Source of the DNA: Heterodontus francisci
Taxonomy: Eukaryota
Length of the DNA stretch: 64,000 nucleotides
Assembly (NCBI RefSeq): GCF_036365525.1
Contig: NW_027141237.1
Coordinates: 744,001 to 808,000 of the forward strand
Direction: 5' to 3'
Shown here: positions 26,001 to 36,290 of the stretch, in pieces
Numbering within the stretch: the stretch's first letter is position 1
Layout: each line of letters starts with the position of its first letter
Notes under the pieces: generated by a model
The model's database searches: none
Told to the model about the DNA's origin: nothing
The model's input: only the letters and a program-made list of their open reading frames with translations
Translations under genes and position numbers: made by a program

Positions 26001-26964
26001 ACTTGCAGGTGATAGGTAAATTGGCCGTTGAAAATTGCCCCTAGTGTAGGGAGGTGATAGGAAATATGGGATTACTGTAGTGTTAGCATAAATGGGTGGT
26101 TGTTGGTTGGCACAGACTCGGTGGGCCGAAGGGCCTGTTTCAATGCTGTATCTCTAAATAAATAAATAAAACCCGAGAGCAGAACTGAGGCGGTCGTGTA
26201 AAACTGGTCATATCGCATTGCAATGGAATTGAATATGAAGAGGGGTGATGAAGAATATGAACAATCTATCCATTCCTGATAGATTTCTACTCCAATATGT
26301 TCTGAACTCTAAGGCTACATTGAAGACCAGTCAGTTTAGTGATGCATCGCAATAGATCTCCTGTGTGAGGATTGTTTGATCGCGTCAAGTCCAGTGGAGC
26401 CGCCGTGCCACCTACTGGCAGTAGCCAGAAAATATACCTGCATCTGCACTCGCCAGGATAACGATAATGACATGTAGCTAACACAAAGTGTGCAGACGTA
26501 AGGAAGACTTTCCCTCTGTGAATTTTATGTTTCGCAACACTGGTTCTATTCCAATAGAGGCGGAAATTCATCTTGCTCTCTCAGTACTGCGTGTTCTTTA
26601 TGCATCGCACTACGTGTCATTCAGGCATTTGTGCAACGTGCCCTGTGTATCGACATCAAGTTCAAGTTGTGTAGCTCTAGTATGTGTTCCTTGTGAATGT
26701 GTACCGCCTTTTCTGGTGCATCTGTCCCATTTGTTCTTTCTGTTGCAGGCGGAACACGTTGAGAATGAGCCAGACAATGAGGGCAGAGAAGTGATATCCA
26801 ACTCGACTGAGCAGAACGAAGAAATTCATTACGCCAGTGTGAACTTTGCAGCTATTCATTCAGGGGATGGATATGTGCGTTGCAAGGACATGAGTGAATA
26901 TGCAAATCTTAAATTTAGCTCAAAAGGACCAGAACATACAGAGACAGCCTTTTCTGAATCGTAA
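8006..26964 (+). CDS. Gene 1: Siglec/MAG(Siglec-4)/CD22-like inhibitory receptor, spliced, with a broken fifth Ig exon (possible pseudogene or secreted variant)
   Basis: Phase-compatible exons: 8006-8054, 8956-9312, 11556-11879, 13882-14142, 15183-15443, [23610-23703 remnant], 24491-24584, 25373-25418, 26749-26964. Architecture is leader-V-C2-C2-C2-(C2)-TM-ITIM. Confidence 0.85.
8956..9312 (+). CDS. Gene 1 Siglec-type V-set Ig exon
   Basis: Acceptor ttcttcag and donor gtgagt. Reads WSVQMP..GSCVIIPCNF..W..NDCSLWI..DQGEYYIT, the Siglec-type B-E disulfide plus the inter-domain Cys. Confidence 0.92.
9558..9880 (-). mobile_element. L2-type LINE 3' fragment
   Basis: Matches 16240-16560. Related pieces at 10405-10570 (+), 24050-24285 (-), 59840-60075 and 61090-61270 (-). 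Confidence 0.75.
11050..11255. mobile_element. Penelope-derived short element with inverted termini
   Basis: Minus strand matches 48036-48135; the plus-strand end repeats the same terminus. Confidence 0.6.
11556..11879 (+). CDS. Gene 1 Ig domain 2 (Siglec/MAG d2-type C2)
   Basis: EKPNISV..VTVTCSLVQSCP..W..VLTFT...DGKMLGCE..VTLDIQ, with phase 1-1 splice sites. Confidence 0.92.
12985..13760 (-). mobile_element. CR1 3' fragment
   Basis: RPFRNEMRGDFFTQRV..SLNIFKTEIDR. Confidence 0.8.
13882..14142 (+). CDS. Gene 1 Ig domain 3 (C2)
   Basis: YPP..IRCSTNSNP..DEGQYFCYAANKHG..ITVE, acceptor tttgcag and donor gtgagt. Confidence 0.92.
15183..15443 (+). CDS. Gene 1 Ig domain 4 (C2)
   Basis: YSPSKP..IYCITQSKP..LQWMK..DDGDYQCEARNKHG..ITVE, acceptor gacag and donor gtaagt. 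Confidence 0.92.
16238..17634 (-). mobile_element. L2/CR1-superclade LINE 3' portion, interrupted by the ERV
   Basis: ORF2 remnants (QQNLDNIQAWADKWNVTF; LLTPQSLSTIYKA..VMEY) and 3' tail ...gccagcgatgcccacatcccaggaacgaat. Confidence 0.85.
17635..18204 (-). repeat. Putative 3' LTR (about 570 bp)
   Basis: The minus strand starts TGTAG directly after the PPT-like AAAGGGTGGAC (18205-18215) and ends TCAACA where the interrupted LINE resumes. No second LTR is present to confirm it. Confidence 0.7.
18352..20651 (-). pseudogene. env: Retroviral env, class I fusion glycoprotein, disrupted
   Basis: Signal peptide MKLLIVFVMCGLL, then furin-like *RKR/SIVNDVAAACGNG (19676-19687), heptad-like segment, Cys-rich region, second helical segment, TM (IASYMVIIGMIVML) and short tail. 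Confidence 0.8.
20380..20512 (+). mobile_element. CR1 3'-end fragment inserted in env
   Basis: Tail ...cgaagggccgaatggcctgctcctgcttctaatttctatgtttctat, shared with other CR1 copies in the window. Confidence 0.75.
20824..23609 (-). pseudogene. pol: Retroviral pol (3' half of RT, RNase H, integrase)
   Basis: CLIQ*VDDLLL (YVDD with a TAG stop, about 23545-23580). RNase H: DLYSDS..LPLWEARGF..KVKAH..GNIRADEL. Integrase: H..GHQG..CSVC, LQIDYIGP, SDQGTHF, and GPY/F-like YFGPHSI. Confidence 0.9.
23610..23703 (+). pseudogene. 3' remnant of the gene 1 membrane-proximal Ig exon (domain 5)
   Basis: Reads LSKELGLDHNVSCYGANKHGVTFSSLQLDLP+G then GTAACT. Aligns without gaps to the end of gene 2 exon 43427-43714 (LDQPTETGNLISCVATNKHG...). 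The 5' two-thirds and the acceptor are replaced by retroviral RT sequence. Confidence 0.8.
24491..24584 (+). CDS. Gene 1 transmembrane exon
   Basis: GRPDYK-LIVGIGAAGLITIVLVVICVAM-KFRK, acceptor atttag and donor gtaagt, no charged TM residue. Confidence 0.88.
25373..25418 (+). CDS. Gene 1 short cytoplasmic exon
   Basis: RKRCNDVLRYSRTEK; phase 2 to phase 0, which bridges the TM exon and last exon. Confidence 0.7.
25849..26170 (+). mobile_element. HE1-type SINE
   Basis: Same family, with a (TAAA)n tail. Confidence 0.85.
26749..26964 (+). CDS. Gene 1 terminal cytoplasmic exon with ITIM and distal tyrosine motif
   Basis: Polypyrimidine acceptor. Contains EIHYASV (ITIM) and SEYANL (ITIM/ITSM-like) in Siglec-like order. 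Confidence 0.88.
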   Translation, partial: AEHVENEPDNEGREVISNSTEQNEEIHYASVNFAAIHSGDGYVRCKDMSEYANLKFSSKGPEHTETAFSES

Positions 26965-28844
26965 TGCTTCGGTTTCTTTCTCGAAAAGAAGGAACTATTA
27001 AAAGCAGGAATAACTTGAATCCTTAACTGAGGACGGGTTCCTCCACTGCTTGTCTGGATCTTCAACTTTGTCGATGCGAATCTTCATCGTGAGGTTAAGC
27101 ACGAGGCCAGTTTGCCCCTAACCTGGTCCTCTCCGCTTTGGATGTTCACATGGCCGCTTTCAGGGAGTAGTGAATAGTGATAAGAAACGATTGATACTTT
27201 GGATCAAACCCTGTTCATCACATGGCTCCGTATCTGATCAAACCATCTCATTGACCCAATTCTGTATGGGGCAATTTGAATTATTGCTGATCTCACTTAA
27301 AGCTGTGGTAGGATTGTTATACTTGACGCTGCAGGGCAGGGAAAAGCCAAGAGCCCCATTCTGTTATGTATCCAGTGGCAACATTGGTTTAGATGAAAAC
27401 AACTAACTCATCACAACCTTCTATTGACTGTGAATATTGATTGTCAAAGCTCAAAGCAGAAGGCGTGAAAAATGATCCAACACGTTTCAGCGTCTTCTGA
27501 AGAGAAAGAGAGTAAATAAATCTGGGTAAAGGCGGAAAGCATTCACGCTCTATGGGTGGGTTGTGGGTCAGTGCATCCGTCCTTCTTCCATTGGAAAACA
27601 GTTTCCTTCTTGGTAATCTCCGAAGTAAAGGTTGAAGATAAGACTATAAAACAAGGATCTGATACAATGTTAGTCTTTGAACACCCATTAACATATTCCA
27701 TGGTATATCTAAATAAACTGGCGAAATGTTCACTAAACCTCTTTAAATTCCTTTAAAAATTCAAACAAAGCCTGTTAAAGAACAGTAAATATAAAACCAG
27801 CCTTTTAACATAGATCAGGAAATAAAATATACACTTCACGAATGTACAAAGAACTAAACGTGTACATTTTCTGGAACTGATTGCCTCGTTTTTTGGCAGA
27901 AGATCGAAATCGCTCTTAACAGAAATTGTTGGTGAATATTTCAACTCCTGCTAAATATCATATGGAAATAAGTGTAGTCCATTACATGCTGGGAGGCTTT
28001 TCACAGCGTCAAAGCGACAAACAAAATCCCTGATGTATCACCTTTCTGGTTTATACTGTTGGGCGATATACTGGATTTTGGAGCTCATTAAATCAGGATA
28101 TGGGGATGTTGCTGTCCATTTGTGCAGGAAGTGCCTCCAATTCCTCGTTCGAGCTCAGGCTATCCCACCTTGAAGAGTGGCTGGAGTAATTGCAAGACAT
28201 ATGGGAGTTTTAGAATTGTTTTGAGCAGATGGGCCAGTCTGTAGTCATCCTGCATTTGCAGACAGCTAGGGAAAACAGTAAGTCTGTGGCTATCAGTAAG
28301 GGTAATAAGAATCAACGCTACAGGAACCTTGAAGGAATGAGGCCCTCTCAAACCGGTTTTCAGGACTGAATGGTGGTGAGGGTGACAAAACCTTGGATAA
28401 ATTCTGTCTAAAGTATGTCCATAGCGCTGTGGGGCAAATAACGTACTGGGGTGGGGGGGGGGGTGGAGGGTACACACAAAAGTGCAGAAATGCTGTTTGG
28501 GTTGGGGGGGTCAGATTCCTGGGTCATTGGGACCGGTCCTGCGGCAGGAGGGACATTTTCAAGGTGGACGAGTTGTACCTCAAAGGAGCTGGTACCGATG
28601 ACCTGGCGGGAAATTAACCAGGACTATGGAAGAGGGTATGAACTCATTTAGATAGGAGAAACAAGGTACACAGACAGAGAATTGGAAGTGACACATAGCA
28701 CGAGAATAAAGAATAGTTCAGAAATAGGACGCACCAGACAGGAGGCGGGAATGAAGCAGTCGGCAATGGGTTCAGGGTGCACATACGAAATTGTGTGTAG
28801 TGGGGTCAATAGAATTGGTGAGCTGCAAGCATCAGTTAAGGGGA

Positions 28845-29402
28845 GGCGGTGGCGTAGTGGTATTGTCAATGGACCAGTAACCCAAAGATCCAGGGTATGG
28901 CTCAGGAGACGTGGGTTCAAATCCCACCACAGCAAAAGGTGGTATTTGAATTCAATTAATAAATATCGAATTAGAAAGCTAGTCTAATGATCGCCATCAA
29001 ACCACTGTTGATTGTTGTAAAAACCCATCTGGATCACTAATGTCCTTTAGGGAAGGAAATCTGCTGTCCTTACCTGGTCTTACCTTACCTGGTGTGACTC
29101 CAGACCCACGCCAATGTGGTTGACTCTTACATGCACTCTGAAATGGCCTCGCAAGCCACTCAGTTGTATCTAACCACTACAAAGTCAATAAAAAGGAATG
29201 AAACCGAACGTACCACCCGGTATCGGCCTAGGCACTGTCGCTGGGTCAAAATCCTAGAACTCCCTTCTCAACAACACTGTGGGTGTACACACCCCACATG
29301 GACTGCAGTGGTTCAAGAAGGCAGCTTGCCATCTCAAGGGCAATTAGATATGGGCAATAAATGCGGATCTGGCCAGCGACGCCCACATCACATGAATGCA
29401 TT
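28845..29402 (+). mobile_element. tRNA-headed element with an L2-type LINE tail
   Basis: Head ggtggcgtagtgg...gggttcaaatccc (A/B boxes); tail ggccagcgacgcccacatc. Confidence 0.75.
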
Positions 29403-31017
29403 AAAAAAAAATCGCCACATGGGATTCTGATATCGTGGCGGTAACAGAAAATTGGCTGAAAGAGATGGAGGCATAAAACAGAATATTTCCGACTGCAATG
29501 CTTTCAGGAAAGATAGAGAATGATGAAAGGAGGTTGGGGTGCCAGTACTGATCAAAGAAACTATGATCGAACTGGAGAGAGATCAAGCACTTCAGTGACC
29601 AAAAATGGTCGATTCGGTTAGAACTCAGGAAAAATAGAGGTGTTCTGACGCCACTGGGTGTGTACCATAGTCCACCAACAATTGGGAAGGTGATAGAGAA
29701 GTGGATGTGCAGAATTACAGAACAATGCAGGAAATACAGAATAATGTTCATGGGGAACTTCAATATCCCCATTATAAGCTGGGTTAGTAGCAGTGGAAAG
29801 GGCAAAGTGGGACATCAATTTCTGAAATGTGTACAAGAGAAAATCCTTGACCATTACATTTCCAATGCGACGAGTACGTGGTCAGTGCTGTATCTTTCTG
29901 GGGCATGAGTAGGGGTCGGGGAACATCTTGCAGTGGGAGCCCCTTGGGGAAACATTACTCATAACATTAGAAAATTCATAATAGTTGTGGGAAAGTGAAG
30001 TCAACAATAAGAACACTTAACAAGAGGAGGGTTCATTTAATTAATGAAAAATGGATCTGACCCAGCTGGACTGGAATCAAAAAATCAATAGGCAATTCAG
30101 TATTTAAACAATGTAATTCCTCCAAAGAGGAGATGGTACCGATGAAAAGTAGGCACATTCACACGAGAGGGAGAGTAAGGGTATTAGATCTGGATCTCCC
30201 TGGACGGCTAAAGATATCGAGGTTTAAGTGAGATGGAAAGGTGAGGCATATGACAATATTAATTTTAATAATACAGTGCAGAATCATGCTGAATATAGAA
30301 AGTACAGGAGATGTCGAAGCACAGAATAAGAGAGACAAAGATACAGTAGGAGAATAGATTAACATCTCGCATAAAATGAAACCCAAACGTCCTTTATATC
30401 ACATAAAGAAGACAAGGGTAGTCAAAAGAAGGGTGGGCCAATAGGGATCAGAAAAGAGATGGTGTGGAGGCTGAGAGCATGGCTGGGGTATTAATTGGTA
30501 CCATGCATCTGTCGTCATTGGGGAAGAGGATGCTACGAATGTCACAGTAAAGGAGGAGACATCAGCAATATCGGACAGGATGAAAAAGATAAAGAGGACG
30601 TTGTGAGAGGTTGTCGGTCTATAAAGTAGATGCATCCCAGGTTTCTAAGGGAAGTAAGGGTGGAAATTGCAGAGGCTCCCGTCACAATTTTACCAAACTT
30701 CCTTGGATATGGGGCTGATGTCGGAGGACTTGAGGACTGCAAATGTTACATAACTGTTTAAAGAGGGGCGCGAGATAAACTCAACAACTACAGGCCAGTC
30801 AGCCTAACATCAGTGGTGGGGGGACTTTTAAAGACAATAATCTGGCAAAGTTAATTTACATTTGGCAGAGTGTTATTTTGTAAATGAAAGTCAACACGGA
30901 ATTGTTAAAACCAAATCCTATTTGTTTAACTTGGCAGAGCTCTTTGATGAAGTAAAGGACAGAGATGATGACGGCAGTGTGGTTAATATTATGAATATGG
31001 ACTACACAATGTTTTTT

Positions 31018-31375
31018 TATTCGTTTTGTGGGATCTAGGCATCCCTGGCTAGGCCAGCATTTGTAGCCCATCCCTGATTACCCTTGAACTGACTGGCTGG
31101 CTAGATAATATTAGAGTCAACTACATTACCGTGGCTTTGGAGTCACATGTAGCCCAGACCAGATATGAACAGCAGATTTCCTTCCCTAGAGGACATTGGA
31201 GAACCAGATAGGTTTTGAGCAGCAGTTGACAATGGTTACCACTATACTAGCTTTTAATTCCAGATTTATTAATTGAATTCAAATTTCACCATCTGCCGTG
31301 GTGGGATTCGAACCAATGTTACATGGGAGACTGGGTTACGGAATACTAGTTCAATGACATTATTACTACGCCAGT
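31018..31375 (-). mobile_element. tRNA-headed SINE, same family as 28845-29402
   Basis: Reverse-complement match. Further copies at about 45640-46035 (+) and 50090-50375 (-). Confidence 0.75.
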
Positions 31376-33794
31376 GCGTTTGAAAAAGTACCTACATAAT
31401 ATACATGCTAGCAAAATTAAAGACCATGGGGTTAAAGTGTAAGTGATATTATGGATGCAAAATTGCCAAAGGGACAGAAAAAACGGTGTTAGCGAACTGA
31501 AAACTATACAAGGCATATTTTAAGAAGTTTGACGGTGATACGAAACTCTTACATGCAGTAAACAATGAGAAGGCTGGTAACAGATTTCATGAGGATCTAG
31601 AGAGACTGGTAAAATGAGCAGACATGATGACATTTAACACAGGGAAATGTGTAGTGGTCCATTTTGCAAGGAAGAATAAGCAGATGTAAATGGAACAAAT
31701 TGAAAGGGAGTGCAGGAACAGAGCGACTGGGGGTGGGGGACGAAAGAACGCACATTCTTGAAGGTTGCATGACACGTTGAGAATGCTGTTACAATGGGTC
31801 TGGGATTCTTGGATTTATTAATAGGGTAATACATTATGAAAGCAAGGACGTTTACCAAACTTTTATAAATCACCAGTTTGGCCTCAGCTGCAGTCTTGTG
31901 CTCAATTTTCACCACACACTATATTAAGGACCTCAAAACATTGGAGGGTTACAGCAGAAATTTACCATCATTATCGCACTGATCAGGAACTTCAGTTATG
32001 TGGAAAGACTCGAGATGTTCAGATTATTCTCCTTGGAGCAGGGAAGTTTAAGAATGGTTTTGATACAGTAACCAAGGAAAAGTATTTTCACTGACAGAAG
32101 GGACAGTAGCTAGAGGACTTGGTTTTAAATTGATTGGCAAAAGAGCTGGAGGTGACATAAGGAACCATTTTGTACACAGCAAGTTGTTATAATCTAGAAT
32201 GCACTACCAGAAAGGGTGGTGGACGCGGATTTATTGTTAACATTCAAAACTGAATTGGATGAATACTTGAAGGCGAGATAAAATTACAGGACTGTGGGAA
32301 AGGAACAAGAAAGTGGGATTAATTCGAGATCTACTGAAGCCTGGCACAGGCGAGAAGGATCGAATGGCCCCCTTCTGTGCTTCATCATTCAACGATTTAA
32401 TGGACCGTGATAGTTCATACAGTTTTCGGCATTCCTCAGCTGTCAATGACCAATCTGGGATAGTTCAAATATGACAATGTACATCAGTGTGTGGCCCACA
32501 GTTAAAGGCTAACAATTATGACTAAACACGCCCGACCAGCGATATGGGCAGTCCCCTTCACTATTTATATAGTTGCAGGACAGGCGCTGGCATTTTAAAT
32601 TGCAATCTCTAAAAATAAACTTCTACATCAATTTTAGACACCTCCACTCAAAACTCCCACATATGTAGCTATTTATCAACAATTAAACTATGAATGTTTG
32701 TGCTGTACAGCTGTGGTTAGTTCAGTAGCCTCTGTCTGCAGACATGTGGGTTTATCACCTTCAGTAAGGAGGGGCACAACACGTATCTGAAATGTCAAAG
32801 ATAAAAAAAGAATTTGTCAGTTAACATTTTCACAGGGCTGATCCTCCGTTTTCAGAAATTACTTTAACTGGTTATATTGAAGCTCCAGCGATATGAGATC
32901 TGCTGAAATTAACTCAGTTATAACTGAGTTGCTGTAATCACCCGTTTCTGATTTTTTTCTGATTGCATTGCTGGATCTGGGAGTCGTGAACGTATCTTTG
33001 GGTTTTAGATCAGAGTGCCAGGAAACAATATGGATATTTTTACCTGCAATAGCAAATCCCCTCAAATTGATCAGTGTACACAAATCCGGGATCCATCCAG
33101 ACTCTCAGTCGTCATTGTCCACCTTCAATTAGACACATTTACGACGATATTAAGTTCAGACCAGTTGGAAGAATAGCAGCCAATGTCACTTCTACCATTG
33201 AGCCAAGGTCGATCAATCGATACCTTAATTTATAGATCATATTAAAGCGTTACCTTACATTATTCGCCAGAGTGAAGGACCACAAATGAGCCCCTTCCGC
33301 TTTGTAGAACTCAATCCCCCTTTTTCTGTTTCACAAATCTACACCTGACCTCCGTTCCACTTTCATGAGGAAATCTATGGTAATGTCCAGATGTAATAGC
33401 CTCACATTACCTTCTTTTGGACATTCTATTCATACTTGTGCTTTTCAACGAAGCAAAAAGAATTCATTGTCCCAGTTAACTCCATACGAACATGGAGAGG
33501 GGTATGGTGGCTATGCGAGAGAGATGAAGAGCTTGGACATCCCCGGTATCGAAACCCGTGTTGAAAACCAAAGAGTGCTGCAAAGACAGTACAGCTCAGT
33601 TTCTTTCTTTGAGGAAAATATATTCAAATATATTAGTGAATATTTTGGCTAAATAGGTCATCAGAATTGAAAACGAACGATAAGCAAACAAGAAAAAGGC
33701 TTGACGGGACTACAAAGCTGCACATTACCGAATGGGGATCAATCCCTTATGAACTGCTTCCCAGAAGACTATTAGAAAATATGATATCAACCGG

Positions 33795-34215
33795 AGCCCT
33801 ATTGTCTTTTAGTCAGAAGGTTGTGAGTGCAAGTCCCACCAGAAAGACACAAGTGCAAAATCTGGTCGGACACACCCAATGTCGTACTTAGGGAGTGCTG
33901 CACTGTTGGAGGTGCCGTTTAGAAATGAAAGATTAAACCGAAACCCTGCCTCATTTCTCAGGTGGGCCCAAACTATCTCTTGGCTGCTATTTTGGAGAAG
34001 AACAGAGGTTCTCTCTCGAGTGGCCTGGTCAATGTTTGCATCTCCAGCAACATCACTAAAAATCTGGATATTATCACATTGCTGTTTGTGGGAGCATGCT
34101 GTGCGTATGGTGGCTGCCATATTTTCTACATTACAACAGCCATTCCATTTGAGTAAGTACGTGTATGGCTGTGGAGCGCCCAAAAGTCTCGAAAAGAGCT
34201 AAATAAATGCAAGTT
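33795..34215 (+). mobile_element. SacSINE1/Deu-domain SINE
   Basis: Deu-like core attgctgtttgtgggagcatgctgtgc..tggctgcc..ctacattacaacag. Confidence 0.7.
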
Positions 34216-35471
34216 CTTACTTTATTTCTTCGGGTTCTCCACATAGATGTTGCTGTTTGCGAGGATATTAACAAACCTTTATCATTTTATCCCAAATGTT
34301 CCCTCTCTCCTTTTTAAAACATGGTATAAATATATTGAAATAAATGGATCACAAACTCTCTGTTTACTTTCAAATGCTGACCGACTGGTGGTGCATTTCA
34401 TTTTATGTAGCATTTTCACACAATGGGTGTGTGTATGTGTGTTTTATATATATATATATATGTATATATAAACATATATTTCGAAAAGGATTGCCTATGT
34501 TGGGTTGTATTAGTTATTTTCAAACATATCAAAACACATTTGGTTCTTTTTACAGACTCTATGCATTGGGAAAAGGTCTATTCCCACACATAACATATTC
34601 CAGCAGTCAACTGCAGCCCAAACCACAATGAGATCAGATATTCTAGTGTGCAATGGACTGGGCCTACAGTATAACCGCTAATGCAGGGTATTTCTGAATG
34701 ATTCAGAATATGTTGCAGAAACGGGCAGTTGAGCCACCTTAGTTAGTAAATGATTCTTTTACAGGTCTCTCTCACTCCCTATATCCTCATTACGTTCAAT
34801 TCAACATTTTTCATATAATCTCCCGCTCTAGTTCGATCTTTGCACATGATCTCAAACCAGTGAAGCCCTTCCATACTGCCTTCCCTCAATTCCCTTCCTC
34901 TTCTACTCTACAGATATTCAAAGCCCTAGTCTGTCCTCACCTAACGGCTTGATTTGTCTTAGCTTCATCCCTATGCATCCCTTCTTCGCTGAGTTTCTCT
35001 ATGAAATAATAAAACTTCTGCTTACCTACCCTCATGACAGGCTTTGTTTTCGCAAGTTAATTTATTATTACCTTTTCTTTATCCACTTGCATTTTACCAC
35101 TTGCTGTTCACTGTAACTTCTCTTTACTCTCTCTCGTTGCCTTCTCCCATTCTCTCTCTCTCTCTCCTTATCTCACTCAATTTACAAATGATGTTTACAC
35201 AAGGCCGCAATCGGCAAAACACACCCAGCTTGTGTTGGACACTGGGTCAGTATTGAAGAGTTGAAGGTATGTTCAGCTTTCAGCGCAAGCCTTTCAAAGG
35301 CGCGAACGTAAATTAGTGCGACTGAGCTGCCTAATGGATCAGAATCGATTTGTAAGTGGAACAGAGGCATATCCGCAGTATCCCAAAAAGGGGTAGTTTT
35401 CCAAGGAAATGGGACATTCCTTCTCTTCTGATTGGTCAGTAAGGGTGATGCGTCACCACTCACATTCACAT

Positions 35472-35950
35472 CGAAACATAGGAACATAGAAAATAGAAGC
35501 AGAAGTAGGCCATTCGGCCCCTCGAGCCTGTTTCGCCAGTTAACTGCACCATGACTGAGCGTCTACCTCAAAGCTGTTTTCCCGCACTATCCCCATATCC
35601 TTTGATACCTTTAATTTGTGGAAATCTAATGATCTCTATCTTGAAAAGACTCAATGACTGAGTCTCCACAGCCCTCTGTGCTGGATAATTCTAAAGATTC
35701 ACAACCCTCTGAGTGAAGAAATTCATCCTGTTCTCAGTCCTAAATGGCCTACTCTTTATTCTGGGACTGTGTCTCCTGGTTCTAGACTCCCCAGCCAGGG
35801 GAAACGTCATTTCTCCATCAACCCTGCTGAACCCTGTAAGAATTTTGTATGTTTCAACGAGATCATCTCTCGTTCTTCCACACTTTAGAGAATACAAGCC
35901 CAATCTCTGCAATGTCTCCTCGTAGGACAATCCCGCCATCCCAGTCTGGT
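35472..35950 (-). mobile_element. CR1 3' fragment
   Basis: GLSYEETLQRLGLYSL..DLVETYKIL..FFTQRVVNL. Confidence 0.85.
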
Positions 35951-36039
35951 GAAGAAATTTGTTACTTTTTTTTGAAAGGTGCATGCACAATCAATCACAA
36001 GTTGCAGTAAAGAAAAAAAAATGTTGCTCAATGATAACC

Positions 36040-36290
36040 TTATTGGCCGGGTTGACTGTGTGTTCCAGTCCTTTTAGTGCCCACTGGTGTTGGAAAGCCT
36101 CAATATACCTGTAGATGCCACACGTTCCACCTCTCTGGGCACTCGGGTGTTGATATGGGCGCAGCGAAGGGGCATATAGACCAACTGAGTGGTGCCCTTG
36201 ACGGCTAGTTGTCTGGACTTGTTAATGAACATCTTGGCAAGGCCCAGGAGCAGACCCCTGAGGAGTTCCTTGACTTTCCGCCTCCATACT
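36040..36290 (-). mobile_element. Tx1/L1-clade LINE C-terminal remnant
   Basis: Minus-strand translation LLLGLAKMFINKSRQ. Confidence 0.4.

Larger units (their letters stand above)
28040..32400 (+). mobile_element. Long decayed CR1 (ORF1, endonuclease, RT, 3' end) with two nested SINE-like inserts
   Basis: Collinear ORF1 remnants, endonuclease remnant (IMFMGNFNIP..W..GHQFLKCVQE), RT remnants and CR1 tail at about 32360-32400. Confidence 0.7.
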
